From assembly GCA_002104905.1 (NCBI GenBank), contig MCFE01000355.1, positions 23,991 through 87,990 of the forward strand: a DNA stretch of 64,000 nucleotides, read 5' to 3'. Positions 11,638 through 23,966 of this stretch are shown piece after piece (the stretch's first letter is position 1; every line of letters begins with the position of its first letter). This stretch comes from Basidiobolus meristosporus CBS 931.73 (Eukaryota; Fungi; Basidiobolomycota). Both the position numbers and the translations under genes were made by a program. Below the pieces are notes generated by a model. The model was not told the origin of the DNA. It was given only the letters and a program-made list of their open reading frames with translations, and did no database searches.

Positions 11638-12333
11638 AACTTATTTTTCATAGGGCATAGCATGCCAGGGAGGCCAAGTGAGCCTATACTTGGCCACAGA
11701 GCCTGAAACATAGTTTTTCATCTTCATGCAAAGCAGCCCATACAGCTTACCCATTGTACTGGAGAAAATTCTTTTTTTGACCTGTTTTTAGGGTCAATGT
11801 TGTACATGAGGTGGAAGACCATATAAGGATTGAGAATATATAACTGGTTCTCAATACCCATGGCACTCTGAGCCAAGCTCCTGCAGCTTGTAACATGACA
11901 CAAAAATACATGGTACTATCTTTATCCACTGGCACTATTTCCACTATATTACATGTTAGCCCTGAAGTAGAACCTGTACAAAGCAACTATAGTGCTGGAT
12001 AGTACCAGTAGACTAAGATAGTGCAATGCATTTATGTGACATGTTACAAGGCACCAGAACCAGATTTGGATTGCCATGGGAATGAGTACTATATATACAT
12101 GTTCAGTCCTTCTGTGCATTCAAACATCATGCACAGCATTGATCCCAAAAACCAGGTCAAAAAATAGATTTTCCTCAGCACAATGGGTGAAACACAAGGG
12201 CTATTTTGTATAAAGATGATAAACTATGTTTGGCACTCTGTGACCCAGTGTTAGTATGCCATGCCTCTTTGGCACACAATGGCTCTAATTGGCACTCATA
12301 GCGTAATGCGGTACTGTCTAATGGAACAAGTCT
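11638..12333. mobile_element. Degenerate foldback MITE of the same family
   Basis: Internal arms match 10195-10927. Right end ATGGAACAAGTCT followed by ATT; left end eroded. Confidence 0.65.
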
Positions 12334-12459
12334 ATTCTCATTAACCTGCATCTACTGCTTATTGTACCATATCAGAGCTGAAATCTGATGATAGTTTCAC
12401 TAAAACCTGGACCAAAATCTCTGTTCAATCTGGATAGCTCCCTATATCCAATGATGGAT

Positions 12460-13850
12460 GCAGCTTATATACAATCTAGCAGGTTAGTAGTAAGTGGCCA
12501 ACACATTTAACAACTTGCATTGAAGATACCCTGGCTATCTGCAAGATAGCTGTCACCTCTTGGTAAAGTAAATATTAATGCTAGGATTGTGTGAGATTTG
12601 GGGTACTTTGACCATTACTCTCACATTTTGTTACTGCTTAAATATTAGTACAAAGAGCATCATCTCCCCACAGAGAAAACATGACAAAGGCAGCAAGTAA
12701 TTGCAGCAAAGGCTTCCCACTGGGAGCAATGCATTTGCACCTCATCAATACTCCCATACCAATGACTATGTTGTACAAGGTACAATTCAAGTTAAATGAG
12801 CTCTTTGAGATACCAGATAGAGTTGAGAAATTGGCTAGAGAGTACAATGTATTTGCTATCCAAGGTACTTTCCACAGGCTATAACAGCTATTTGTACACA
12901 TATGCTGAGATATAAATGCAAGGATAGAATGAACTGGACTTTTTTATATTTGAGTGGCCTTTGAAAGCAATTTCTACCAGGGGCTTGTTGGAAGCATTGA
13001 GAGCTACATGTTGATTTTGTAAATTTTTATCTAACACCTGATCACTAATGCTTATTTGGCACATTTCAGCATTATTCATGAGTTTATGACAAAATTTTAG
13101 TGTCTATACCTCAATCATAAGGCTGAACACATACATATTCTATCTGCTGCTACTGTGTTCATTGCTTACTTCATCTTGGTTAGTGTGTGGAGAATATTTT
13201 CTTTGCTTTATCTTTTAGGAGCTCCCAATGGAGTGATATATTGGAGGATACAAAGTCAGGTAATGTTTGAAGTACCACCATATCCCAATCTCATTAAGAC
13301 TATTACCTTCAAGTCTATTATGCATGCAATGTATTGACAAATGGTGGACAGCTCAGAAGAATTGGAAATGGGGAGCATAGATGTGCACCTGGAGATACTT
13401 ATGGCTTGGTATTAGGAAGGTAAGGAGCCCAAGGCATAGGTAATAAATAATTAATGTAAGGTTGACCAAATGAAACAACCAGTTACTATTGCTTTGGCAG
13501 CCTTAGCAACATATCTAGCTTTCTCTGGAATACAAGCCAATTTATACATCTATCAATAAGGATTTCTCAAAAAGAAGAACCAGAGTGAATATATGAGGGG
13601 GACTAGAATTCACATAAAACAGGAATATACAGCTAAGATCTAAAACTATTTTGTGAATATTCAGGAGATAATCTTGGCCCAGGTAGCTACAACCAATGGC
13701 ATGTTTGCAAGATATATATGTTACCTGCAATACAAGGTATATAGCAACTTTGCAAATATCACACCAAAAAGCCATAAAGTTGAGGTAAGACAAGTGTGTA
13801 AATTGCAGCAGGGGTGGTTATTGGCCTTGGCAGACTCTTATAAGTTGATG
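12460..13850 (+). pseudogene. Tnp2/CACTA-like transposase remnant
   Basis: Collinear with 9000-11250 (GFPLGAMHL..., ...PYPNLIK). Confidence 0.55.
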
Positions 13851-14324
13851 GGGTGATATTTTCATATCAGTTACAACCTCTGGCGCATTTCTTGGTACTT
13901 ATGATGATAGACCTGGATTTGATATTAAATCCGGAATTTGTCTCCCCAAAGCCTATATTGAAGCTATGTGATCTCATGCCTTTATGAGGCCCTCATAGTC
14001 AGAGCTCAGGGCTTCAGCTAAATGAAGGCTGTCAGAATTTTCTTCTTCATAGAGGTGTACATTTATCACAAGAGGGGTAACCTGCTTGTAGCAAATTCTC
14101 ACTCCTCCTTTGCCAGAACCTGTAGATAATTTCTCATCTGGCATACAGGTTAGAGATTGCTAAGGACTACATAGTTTTATGATCTGACGCTTGAATGTCC
14201 AAGCTTGATCAGTTTTTGGTCCAATTGATTAGTTTATGTATAGCCTAATAATATATCAATATTAGACTTGTTACATTGTACTGTGCCAGGGAATATTATA
14301 CAATCCTTGGATATTAAAAATAAT

Positions 14325-14689
14325 TGTTAAAACTGTACTATTTGGTATCATTCAGCAGCTAAAAGTTTACTTAGCAGTTCTAAACTAGTCATGGTAGCTG
14401 TAGAGTAAATTTACAGCCATAACCTTGCCACTTTCTTTCAGGTCCATGGTCCTAAGATTATTTCTGATAACTAATATCCAAATAGCACTTTACCAAGCAT
14501 TATGTACTAACCCTGAACTTTTACAGAATGCTACTGATTGTTGGGAAACTCTCCCCACTTGGTATTAAAGTTGAGCTACTTCTACAACAGCATAAACACT
14601 GAGCTTCTTTATGAATAAGCAATAGTTCTACTACTTTCATTGTTTCTTGATAAGCTCCTTGTATCCAAAACACTTCTCAAATTACAACA
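14325..14689 (+). repeat. Copia solo LTR
   Basis: TGTT...CAACA termini, TSD ATAAT/GTAAT. Homologous to 19661, 23967 and 32269. Confidence 0.75.
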
Positions 14690-16616
14690 GTAATTGGGCA
14701 TAATGGTGTAACTAGCAGTAGTCAGGGTTGCTCTTGGTCAATTTTTCACTATGTGGGATCACCTTGCACACTATAGCACAAATTGACACAATGAGGCTGG
14801 TGCAGATGAGTGTGTCAAGTTTGAATGTTTACTTCATGTGCACAATTGGATACCACTACTATCATAAGAAAAACTTGGTATATGGATATGTGTCTTTGAT
14901 ATAAAAAGAAACAAATGTGTATCACACTGTAAGCTACACTGATACTTGCCATTTCTGTCACCATCACTTTAATTGATTGCTATGCCAGTAATTGATTGGC
15001 ATGAAAGTGTCCTGAGACTGTGAGCCCTCAATAAGCTCATTGACTAGTTCACAAGCTACTTGATATACCATCAAATATACCATTTGCTCATTGGGCTAGC
15101 AGATTGCTGATTTGGTGATTGGACTAGGTGTTATAGCTAGCACACAACCAATTGCGTAGGTGCAAGACAGATCTAACAGTTGCACCAGTGTTAAATATGA
15201 TGGATAAGTATACAAGGTGTTTACTCATAGGGGCTCTATTTCAAATGTGAGACAACCTTGGTATTGCTTATATCAGAAATTTAGTGATCACCAGTTAGTG
15301 ATAAATCAATCTGGACTGCAAAAAAAATGTGTTATTTGAAGCATGACAAATGATAATAATTCAAAGCAATTATATTACCTTCTCCTAGGTATTTTTCTCA
15401 CAGAAATACTACTGACACACTTGGTATTGATTCACTTGCACACCTAAGCTACTTCCTTGTTGACATGTTCTTTTACTTGTCAAAGGCTCCTGTAGTGGAT
15501 GCACTTTCCGTGGGTCATGGTCAGTTAGGTCACCACAAATAGCTTGCTGATGGCCAGGTGTTACAGCATGTACAGGTGTAACTGGATGTGTTGGCTGAAC
15601 CTTGGCAGACTTTGATGTGATGCCACTTGTTGATTTAACTTGGCCTGCTCTAATGGATTTGTGTCCAATTCAGCAGCTTAGCAAGTTCGGAAAGTTTTGC
15701 TCTGACTGGCATGCATTAACCTTGTGCATAGCACTCTTGTAAAGGGTATTGACTTGGACTGGACTGATGTGTGCCAGCACACTGGCATTGCAAGGGAAGG
15801 TAAGAAACTCCATAAGGTGTGCCAGCTCAGTCTAGTCATAGTTGCCTGCAGTCTGCATTCTTCCTCTCAAAGCTCACTCTTTGACTCTTCTATGTATTTC
15901 TCTGCCCTCCATTTGATGCATTAGAACTGTTGCCTTCATGGCTCCTGTGCAGGTTGGTCTTGGAAGCCACTTAACTTTACTGATGTGTCTTGCTGTAGAT
16001 AAGTTGTATAATGCAAAAAACTCATTCAAAAGTTCCTTGGTTCCCACAGTTGTGGCACATATGGACACTTCTGGTCTGAGCTGCACAAATTGTCAATGGA
16101 ATTGTTTGCCTGCAGCTTCCTTGTCATATCCCCTCACCCTCAGCTCAATCTTGACTTCAATGCTTGGCTAGTTATATAAAGCCCTTCATAACTCTGCTGG
16201 CAGCTTGATGTAGAACTCATGCCACAGCTTTCTACTCATGTTCCTCCATCTCTGTTGATTCTCTGAGCTATCCAGTTCTGCTAGATTAATGAGTAGTGCT
16301 CAAGTATCTGTATCAAGACTCACCATAGACACTTACGCTATAGTTAAATCACTTGACAGGAACTCAAAAGGATTCACCATTGACCTTTCCAGTCCAGACC
16401 ATGTTAATGAGCTGGGGAGGGGTATTTTCTGGGTTGTACTAAGGATGAATTGAGACTTGGTATTGGTACCATAATGATTGACTTGGATACAAATTCAGTA
16501 GTATATTGGCATCAACCCAGTCTTAAATGAGATATTTATAAAAACTAATGTAATTGATGAATTTTCCATTTATTACTCATGACACATCTTGGATTGCATA
16601 GACATGGATCAGACTA

Positions 16617-19600
16617 TTTCTTGATAAGTTGCTTATATCCAAATCACTTTTTATATTGCAACAGGTATGAGCCCCAGATACCTTAACTTATTCCAAAGAT
16701 GACTTCTACCAGCAAACAAAATAAGTGGGTCTATACAACATAATGTGAGTGACATCTCAATTGCTACAAAACTGACTGACGTACACTATGTACCTGGAAC
16801 AGCTAAGAACCTACACTCAGCAAGTAAAGAAACTGCTCAGGGACTAAAATTTGTTTTTACTAAACTAATTGCTCAACATTGAGTGTAAATGGACAAAAAT
16901 TAGCTTAGGGAATCAGAGATTACAATATATACAAGTTACAATGCAAGATCATTATACCTGAGTATGCCAACATTGCTGAAACTGATGAAACTAGCTGGGA
17001 GACATGTCATAGAAGGCTAGGACATATTAGAGAATAGAAAATGAGCCAATTGGCAAAAAACCAGCTTGTTTTAGGCCTAAATTACTCAATTCCAATCAAA
17101 TTAAGTGTCTGTAAGGGATGTTCATATGGCAAACAAGCTAGGCAACATTTCAGGAGCTCAGGTGGAATCAACACCACCAAAATATTGGCTGTTTTACATT
17201 CAGACACATATGGGCCAATTAGAACACCGTCCTTTGGAGCCAAGAGATACTCTATGATGTTTATTGACAACAGGACTAGATTTACATGGGTATACTCCCT
17301 CAACACAAAGGATGAGGCTTTAGAGATGTTTGAGCACTTCAATAACATGGCCATAACTCAAGCTGGATGTAAATTGAAGGTACTTTGAAGTGGCAATGGG
17401 GGGAATACTGCTTAAAGGAGGCTGCAAAATATTGCTCATCTACTGGTATACTTCCACAGACCACTGTTACATGTGCTCCACAGCAAAATAGACTAGGAAA
17501 ACATGCAAGTAGAACAATAGCAGAGATGGAAGGATCTTTGTTACATGATAACGGATTGCACTACAGGTTTTGGGTTGAATCTGTTGCTACCACAGCATAC
17601 ATCAAGAATAGATACCCAACAACAGCACTATGTAATTCAACACCCTTTGAAGCATATACAGGCATTGAACCGGACCTCCAGCTCCTCAGGATCTATGGCA
17701 GTGGTGTCTTTTATCACATCCCTGACAAAAAATGCTCAAAGCTGGAACCAAATAGTAGAAAGGGGATCTTTCTTGGGCATTGTGAGGATACTAAAGGGTC
17801 TGGGGTGTATGATGGCAAAACTCAGAAGCTGATCAAGAGCAGTGACATATACTTGAGGAGAATCAGATCAGAAAGCCACTAAAATCATTAGCTAGCTGCC
17901 TGATGATGCAATCAACACTAATGAAGAAGATATGTACCTAATTCAGCCAGATATGGAATATAATTCTACCAGATCCAGATTAGCGCAAATTATCACAGTA
18001 AGGAGGTCTACCAGAGAAAGATATGCATCTGGATCCTGGTTATGCACATCCAATGATAATGAAGAAGCTTATCTTGCCTTATGTGCCAAACCCCAGAATC
18101 TTGAACAGGCAATGCAAAGTCCAGATGCTACTATGTGGCAACAGGCCAAGCAGGAGGAGTACTAGTTACTGATCAAGGCAAAAATGTGGGAACTTGCAGA
18201 TTTACAAAGTGGGAGAGAGCCAATAGGATGTAGATGGGTCTATAGGACCAAGATAATCTCAAATGGTACTGTTAATAAGTAAAAGGCTAGATTTGTGGCT
18301 CAAGGCTATCCTAGATCCAAGGACAAGACTCTAAGGAAACATTTGCTCTGGTTGGCCTCTTTAACTTCATTAGGACAGTCCTAGCCCTGGCAGCTGTACA
18401 CAGTCTAGATCTACACTAAATGGTTGTCAAAGCAGCCTTTCAAAATGGTGATTTGCAAGAAACTATATGTATGGAGCAACCAGAAGGCTTTTCTGATCCA
18501 AAAGGCTCCCATTAGGTGTGCAGACTTGGGCAGCTATTGTATTGGCATAAGTAGGCACCTGGAGCATATTATAAAAAGATTGACAAATATCTAGAGGAGA
18601 TGGGGTTCACTTGTAGCACTACAGATCACAACATATATGTGAAACAGCTCAAAAAGAGTGTGATCATTCTAGTACTTTGTGTGGACAACTCTATAATAGC
18701 CACAAGTGACCGGCGGGGACTTGAACAGACAAGATCAGATCTCTTCATCTAGTTTGAGATGAAAGATCTTAGAATATGGCCCAATTTTTGTTGGAATTGA
18801 AGTGAAATTTGACATACCTACACAGAAGTTGTGGTGGATCAGATCTAAGTACATCAAGCACATTCTTAGATGCTTCAAAATGGAAAATAACAAGCCTGCA
18901 GCTACCCCTATGGACAATAATCTAAAATTGAACAAATCTCAGCCAGTTTTGGGTGAAAATGGCTCAAATATGTTCTAAATTTTCCCTATCAATGAATAGT
19001 CAGTAGCCTGATGTACTTGATGATGCCTACATGCTCATATATTACAGTAGCAGGTGGAATAGTCAGTCAACCCATGCAGAGCAATGGATCAGATCAAATT
19101 ACAGCAGTTAAGAGGATTTTCAGATATTAACAAGACACCATAAATATAGTACTGGAATACTCTGGAGCAGCTAATGGGCAAAATTTGATGGTTATAGTAA
19201 CTTGGATTGGGGTACAGATCTGATTGAATGATGTCCTACCACTGGGTATGTACTTCTTTATGCTGGTGCAGCTATTACTTGGAATTGTACAAAGAACCAA
19301 CTGTGACCCTATCTACAACTGAAGCTGAGTATATGGCTGCTGGTCAGCAACCAAGGAGCCTAAATGGCTGCAGATACTATTCAAAGACTTAGGCTTTAAC
19401 CCAGATGAACCAACAAGTATTTGTCAAGATAATGAGAGTTGTTTTTTATTTGCTAGGAATTCTACAAATCATGCCATAACTAAGTACACAAATATACAAC
19501 ACCACTTTGAAAGCAAAGCTGTAGAAAATAGCTTAGTAGAGTAGGTTTACTGTCCAACTGACAAAATGGTGGCAGATATATAGACAAAACCACCAGCTAG

Positions 19601-20401
19601 ATCACAACTTGCATTCTCAAAGAGGAATTAGGACTAAGAAATAATTTAGTTGAGGGGGAGTGTTGAAATACTGCATTATTTGTTATCATTCAGCAGCTAA
19701 AAACTTACTTAACAATGCAAGATTAATCTTGGTCTCTGTAGGACTAAACTGCAGCCCCAATTTTGCCAGTTTCCTCAGATCTATGATCCTATGAGTATTC
19801 CCTTATAGTCAAGATCAAATTACCAACTTTTACCAAACATTATATAGTAACTCTGAAAGAGTTACACAATACTGCTGAATGTTGAGAAACTCTCCCTACT
19901 AGTGTTACAGCAATAATACTTCTGCAAAGGTTTAAATGCTGTTCCTCTTTATGAATAAAGTGTTACAAGTCTTGGTATAAGAGTTGTAGAGGAATAGGGA
20001 GTTTAGCTAGTATTGTATTCACTAAAACTTGAACTGATTTTTATTGAGGTTCCAGCAGCTCCTTGGATACATTTTGCCAGATCAATTGCTGACTAACTGT
20101 ATTTCCTGATGTAGGTTGTGGCTGAAAACTCATTGGATTGCATCTTCATCACCCAATAAGATCCTACTTAATATATCTATTTCTGTCTGATAAGGATCTG
20201 CTGATTGATTTGCTGATCAATGCTACTGATTTGATAGATAATACTGATATACTGATAACCTAAACATATACTAAATGATTTGACTAAAAGCTGATATAAC
20301 TTAAACATTCAAGCGGCAGATCATAACAAATGAACAGTTCAACTATAATCACTATTTCTTGACAAACTCCTTGTATCCATATCACTTCTTGAATTGCAAC
20401 A
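16617..20401 (+). mobile_element. Ty1/Copia retrotransposon remnant (5' LTR tail, PBS, integrase, RT, RNase H, PPT, 3' LTR)
   Basis: TTGCAACA followed by PBS GGTATGAGCCC; integrase (C..C, LHSDTYGP, FIDNRTRFTWVY); RT and RNase H fragments in integrase-RT order. PPT GAGGGGGAG, then 3' LTR from 19661. Confidence 0.85.
19961..20328 (-). repeat. Solo LTR, family C (Gypsy-type), inserted in the Copia 3' LTR
   Basis: Termini TGTTACAAGTC...ATCATAACA. Matches 24497-24862 and 28824-29191; flanks AAAG/AATG. Confidence 0.8.
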
Positions 20402-20529
20402 TATCTCACCACTGGCATGACAATAGATATTATAGTGCCAGATTGAACAGATAATTATAAACAGGCTATCACCATGTGGTACTATCCTATAGAACAAGTC
20501 TATTAATTATCAAACTGGTATTTTCAGTT

Positions 20530-22590
20530 GACACATGAGTCAGCAGGTCCTGATCAGACAGAAATAGACATATTAAGTAAGATCTAATCAAGTGATAATC
20601 ACACAATCAAATGAGTTACTATCCACAATCCACATTGGAAGTACAATTTGTTGGCAATTTATTCAACAAAAAGTATATCAGCAGCTGCTGGGATGCCTGC
20701 AATTATATACTCCTTAAACACATGGAGATTTCACATTGAAGGAGTAAAGTGCACTGTGGACACTGATCATACTGCACTCTATTTATATTTGCTCAGAAGG
20801 TACTATCTGGAAGAGTGATAAGATGGAGTGAAAACATTCTGCAATTTGAGCTGGAGATTGTCTACTACCATAGGAAAAATACCACAGATGCTGATATGTT
20901 ATCAAGACTACAACAAATTGCACAACTCAACCTGGTACATGAATCCAATTGGCCCAGCCAACTACCTAGTACATGGAGGACCATGCTATTCCTAATGAGG
21001 CAAATGAAAATATCAAGAAGATATCTGGGATGAAGCCAACAAGTTTATGATACAGGATTAAGCACTTTACCAATTGTTGATGAAAGCCCTGTTGCCTATT
21101 GCCCTTTTGTTGCTTGCCTGGATTTAATACATAAGCTACACAATGGGTATCAACATCTTGAAATTGAAGGAACCTATGGCCTTGCAAAAACTATAGCTTG
21201 GTGGCCAAGAATGAAACTAGATATTGAGGAGCTAGTGAAAACATGCCCAAGCTGTCAATTCAACCAAGGTCAACCACAAAGAACTACTGAGCTCCTTCCC
21301 TTGGAGCTAGCATGAACATTTGAGAGATGGGGAACTGTCTTCATTGAATGACCACCCACTACTAGAAAATGCAATTGGTACATATTAGTAGCAAATGAAC
21401 ATGAGACCAAATGGCCTCTGATTAGCTTGTATCAGTAGACAGTAAGCAAGAAGTAGCAAGTTTCATCTACAATACAATCTGGATAAAGCTTGGATGCCCT
21501 GTAGAAATCCTATCTGATAGAGGAGCAATTTTTGTGGCAAAAATATTGGAAGCCTCCCTGGCTATGCAGCAGATCAAATATCTAGAAACTTTGGCATATC
21601 ACCATTTAGCAAATAGAGTGACTGAGTAGTTTGATAGAATATTGGAAAAAATGCTGGCTAAGTAAGCAGATGGAGCTGTTAGTAGATAGAATGAATAAAT
21701 TGGCCAAGCACTGTTTCCCTGCAAAGCAGGGTGTACATCACAACCCAACAGTTGCCATTTTACTTTGTGTATGGATGTAAACTAAGGATTCAGGGTGATC
21801 TTACACAGCCAAAACTCTTAGACAATCTGATGGATGAGTTCAGTCAGCCCTGTAGACCACAACACCCTGAACAAATATATCAGGAGGCACATGACAAAAT
21901 TTCTGAAAGTGAATAAAAGATGAAGCAGATAATTATAAGACTATATGTACCAGAAGCATTGAGAGTTGGGAACTTTGCATTGCTAAGACACAACACTTGG
22001 AAGAGGTTTGAGCCACAATGGATGGCACATTTCAAGATCATCAGAGAATAGCCATTTGGAACTAAGCAACTAGTAGATGAACCAGGAAATATACACAAGG
22101 ATCTAGTTCACAGAGACAGACTCAAGCTTGTAAGACTTGCCAACAATGCTGAACCATCAAGATACTGGAACCATAAGAAAAGAAATTCTGGAGAACCCTC
22201 TTAGTTTTAGTAGCAAAGAATGCTATAATCTATTGTTTCAATGTGCAAGTTAGATCAAATTATAGTAAAATCAATTAGTTATATATCTAGCCTTTCAGTA
22301 TATGAGTATTATGTATCCAATCAGTAGTGTTACTCAGCAGATATACCAGCAGGCACTATCACACAGAAATGAATGCATTGAGAAAGATCTAATTGGGTAA
22401 TGATGATTCAATCAAATGAGCAATTAGCCACAACCTCTATTAGGAGATATAACTAGTCAGCAAATGATCTGGCAAACTCTATATCAGCAGTTGCTAGAGC
22501 ATCAGTAGAGATCAGTACAAGTTCTGGTGAATTCAACACTAGCTAAATACCCAATACCTCTACAACCCATTTATCAAGACTTGCAACAAT
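20530..22590 (+). mobile_element. Ty3/Gypsy remnant: RNase H-integrase plus 3' LTR (family C-like)
   Basis: TDH...RWSENILQFELEIVY...ADMLSR (RNase H) and integrase fragments (SDRGAIF, LRIQGDL). An LTR-C-like tract ends ...GACTTGCAACA. Confidence 0.7.
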
Positions 22591-22799
22591 TGAACACTGC
22601 CTCAATTGTAAGGACTGAAACTCTTGGCAATTTCTGCTTGAATAATTGGCAGAGTCACACCAAATTAATATTAAGTTGACCACTTACTTCAGCTAGTTTC
22701 TGGCCATATGCTCTGCTGATCAGAAGCAAAAAATGCTCCACTATTAGCTATGTCAGCTCCTGAATTGGAGGGCTTTGCTTAGTGGGATTAAATAAGACT

Positions 22800-23960
22800 T
22801 TGTTATCTTGCATTTGTGCCTGACATTTATCAGACAGAAATTGATATATTAAGTAAGATCTAATTATGTGAGAATGATGCAATCAAATGAGACATAAGCT
22901 ACATCCTTCAATAGGAAATATAATAGTCAGTAAAGGATCTGGCAAAATACATACAAAGAGCTGCTGGAACCCCTATAAGAATCAGTTAATACAGTACAGC
23001 CTAACTCCCTATTTATCTACAACTTTTAAATGAAGGCTTGTAACATTGGAAGCAGCAATAACCAGAAATCACCCTCTTGAAGAGAAAAAAAGCCACTCCC
23101 AAGATGTCAGAAAATCAAGAATGGGAGAAAGCTATGCACCAAATCCTTGCCTAACAACAGCAGTTACTCCAGAACCTTAGCTATAAACAACAAGGAATAA
23201 CTACCATGGCCCAAGATTTGCAAAGCCCTGTCTAAAGCAGCTACAATAGGAGGGTAACCAATGCCATAGTCAATTAAAGCCTGGAAACTTGGCTCTTTCA
23301 AGTTGAGGAGGCTTTTGAGGTGGAAGGAGTTGCCACAGAAAGCAAGTTGTATTATGCTGCTTCTTACTTGGCAGATGCAGCTTTACAGTAGTACCACAGC
23401 AAGACTAGATCAATCACTATAATAGGAGACTTTACCATCTCTACTTGTGATGAGTCTATGCTGGAAAATCAGAATCCTTTTGAGCCTTCACATCATCAGA
23501 CACTGCCATGAAGGAAGCTGAAGACACTAAGACAGAGAGAAGTTGTTCAGGAATACCTAAATGGGTATAGATGCCTACTTGGCCAGAATGCAAGAGTTGT
23601 ACCTATTGACCAAGATGTATACATTATTGATGAGTCAAGAGAAAGAACTTGCAAGGAAGTGCATTTTCAAAAACCTTGAATATTCAAGAAGCCATTACAA
23701 TTACCATTGACTATGACTTGGCAATATTTGGAATAGAAAAGCCTACCAAGACTAACTGAAAAGTTATAATCACTATGAGAGAAGAGTGTCACAAGCAGTG
23801 TCAATGGAATTTGGCATTATGGCAGAGTATCCTGGCTCAGAAGATTGCAGGAACAAAGTACTTTGCTTCAATTGCATCAACATGGGCACATCTCAAAGTA
23901 CTGCCCTCACAAAAGAATTGAACACTAGCCAACAAGAACTTTCAGCCATTTTGAAGCCCA
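22800..23960 (+). mobile_element. gag: Gypsy LTR-C-like repeat followed by a decayed gag
   Basis: LTR ends ...GCTTGTAACA followed by TTGG. Contains LETWLFQVEEAF...AASYLADAAL and a frameshifted CFNC..HGH.SKYCP knuckle near 23865. Confidence 0.6.
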
Positions 23961-23966
23961 AGAACA

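Larger units (their letters stand above)
14264..20501 (+). mobile_element. PHIS copy 3 (degenerate); transposase region replaced by a Copia element
   Basis: Left TIR AGACTTGTTACATTG at 14264, right TIR ...AGAACAAGTCT at 20501, TSD ATT/ATT. Segment 14700-16610 matches 2160-4210. Confidence 0.78.

Noticed and set aside
13860-14260. Unique stretch as a possible host gene fragment
   Set aside because: No open frame or motif recognised on either strand.
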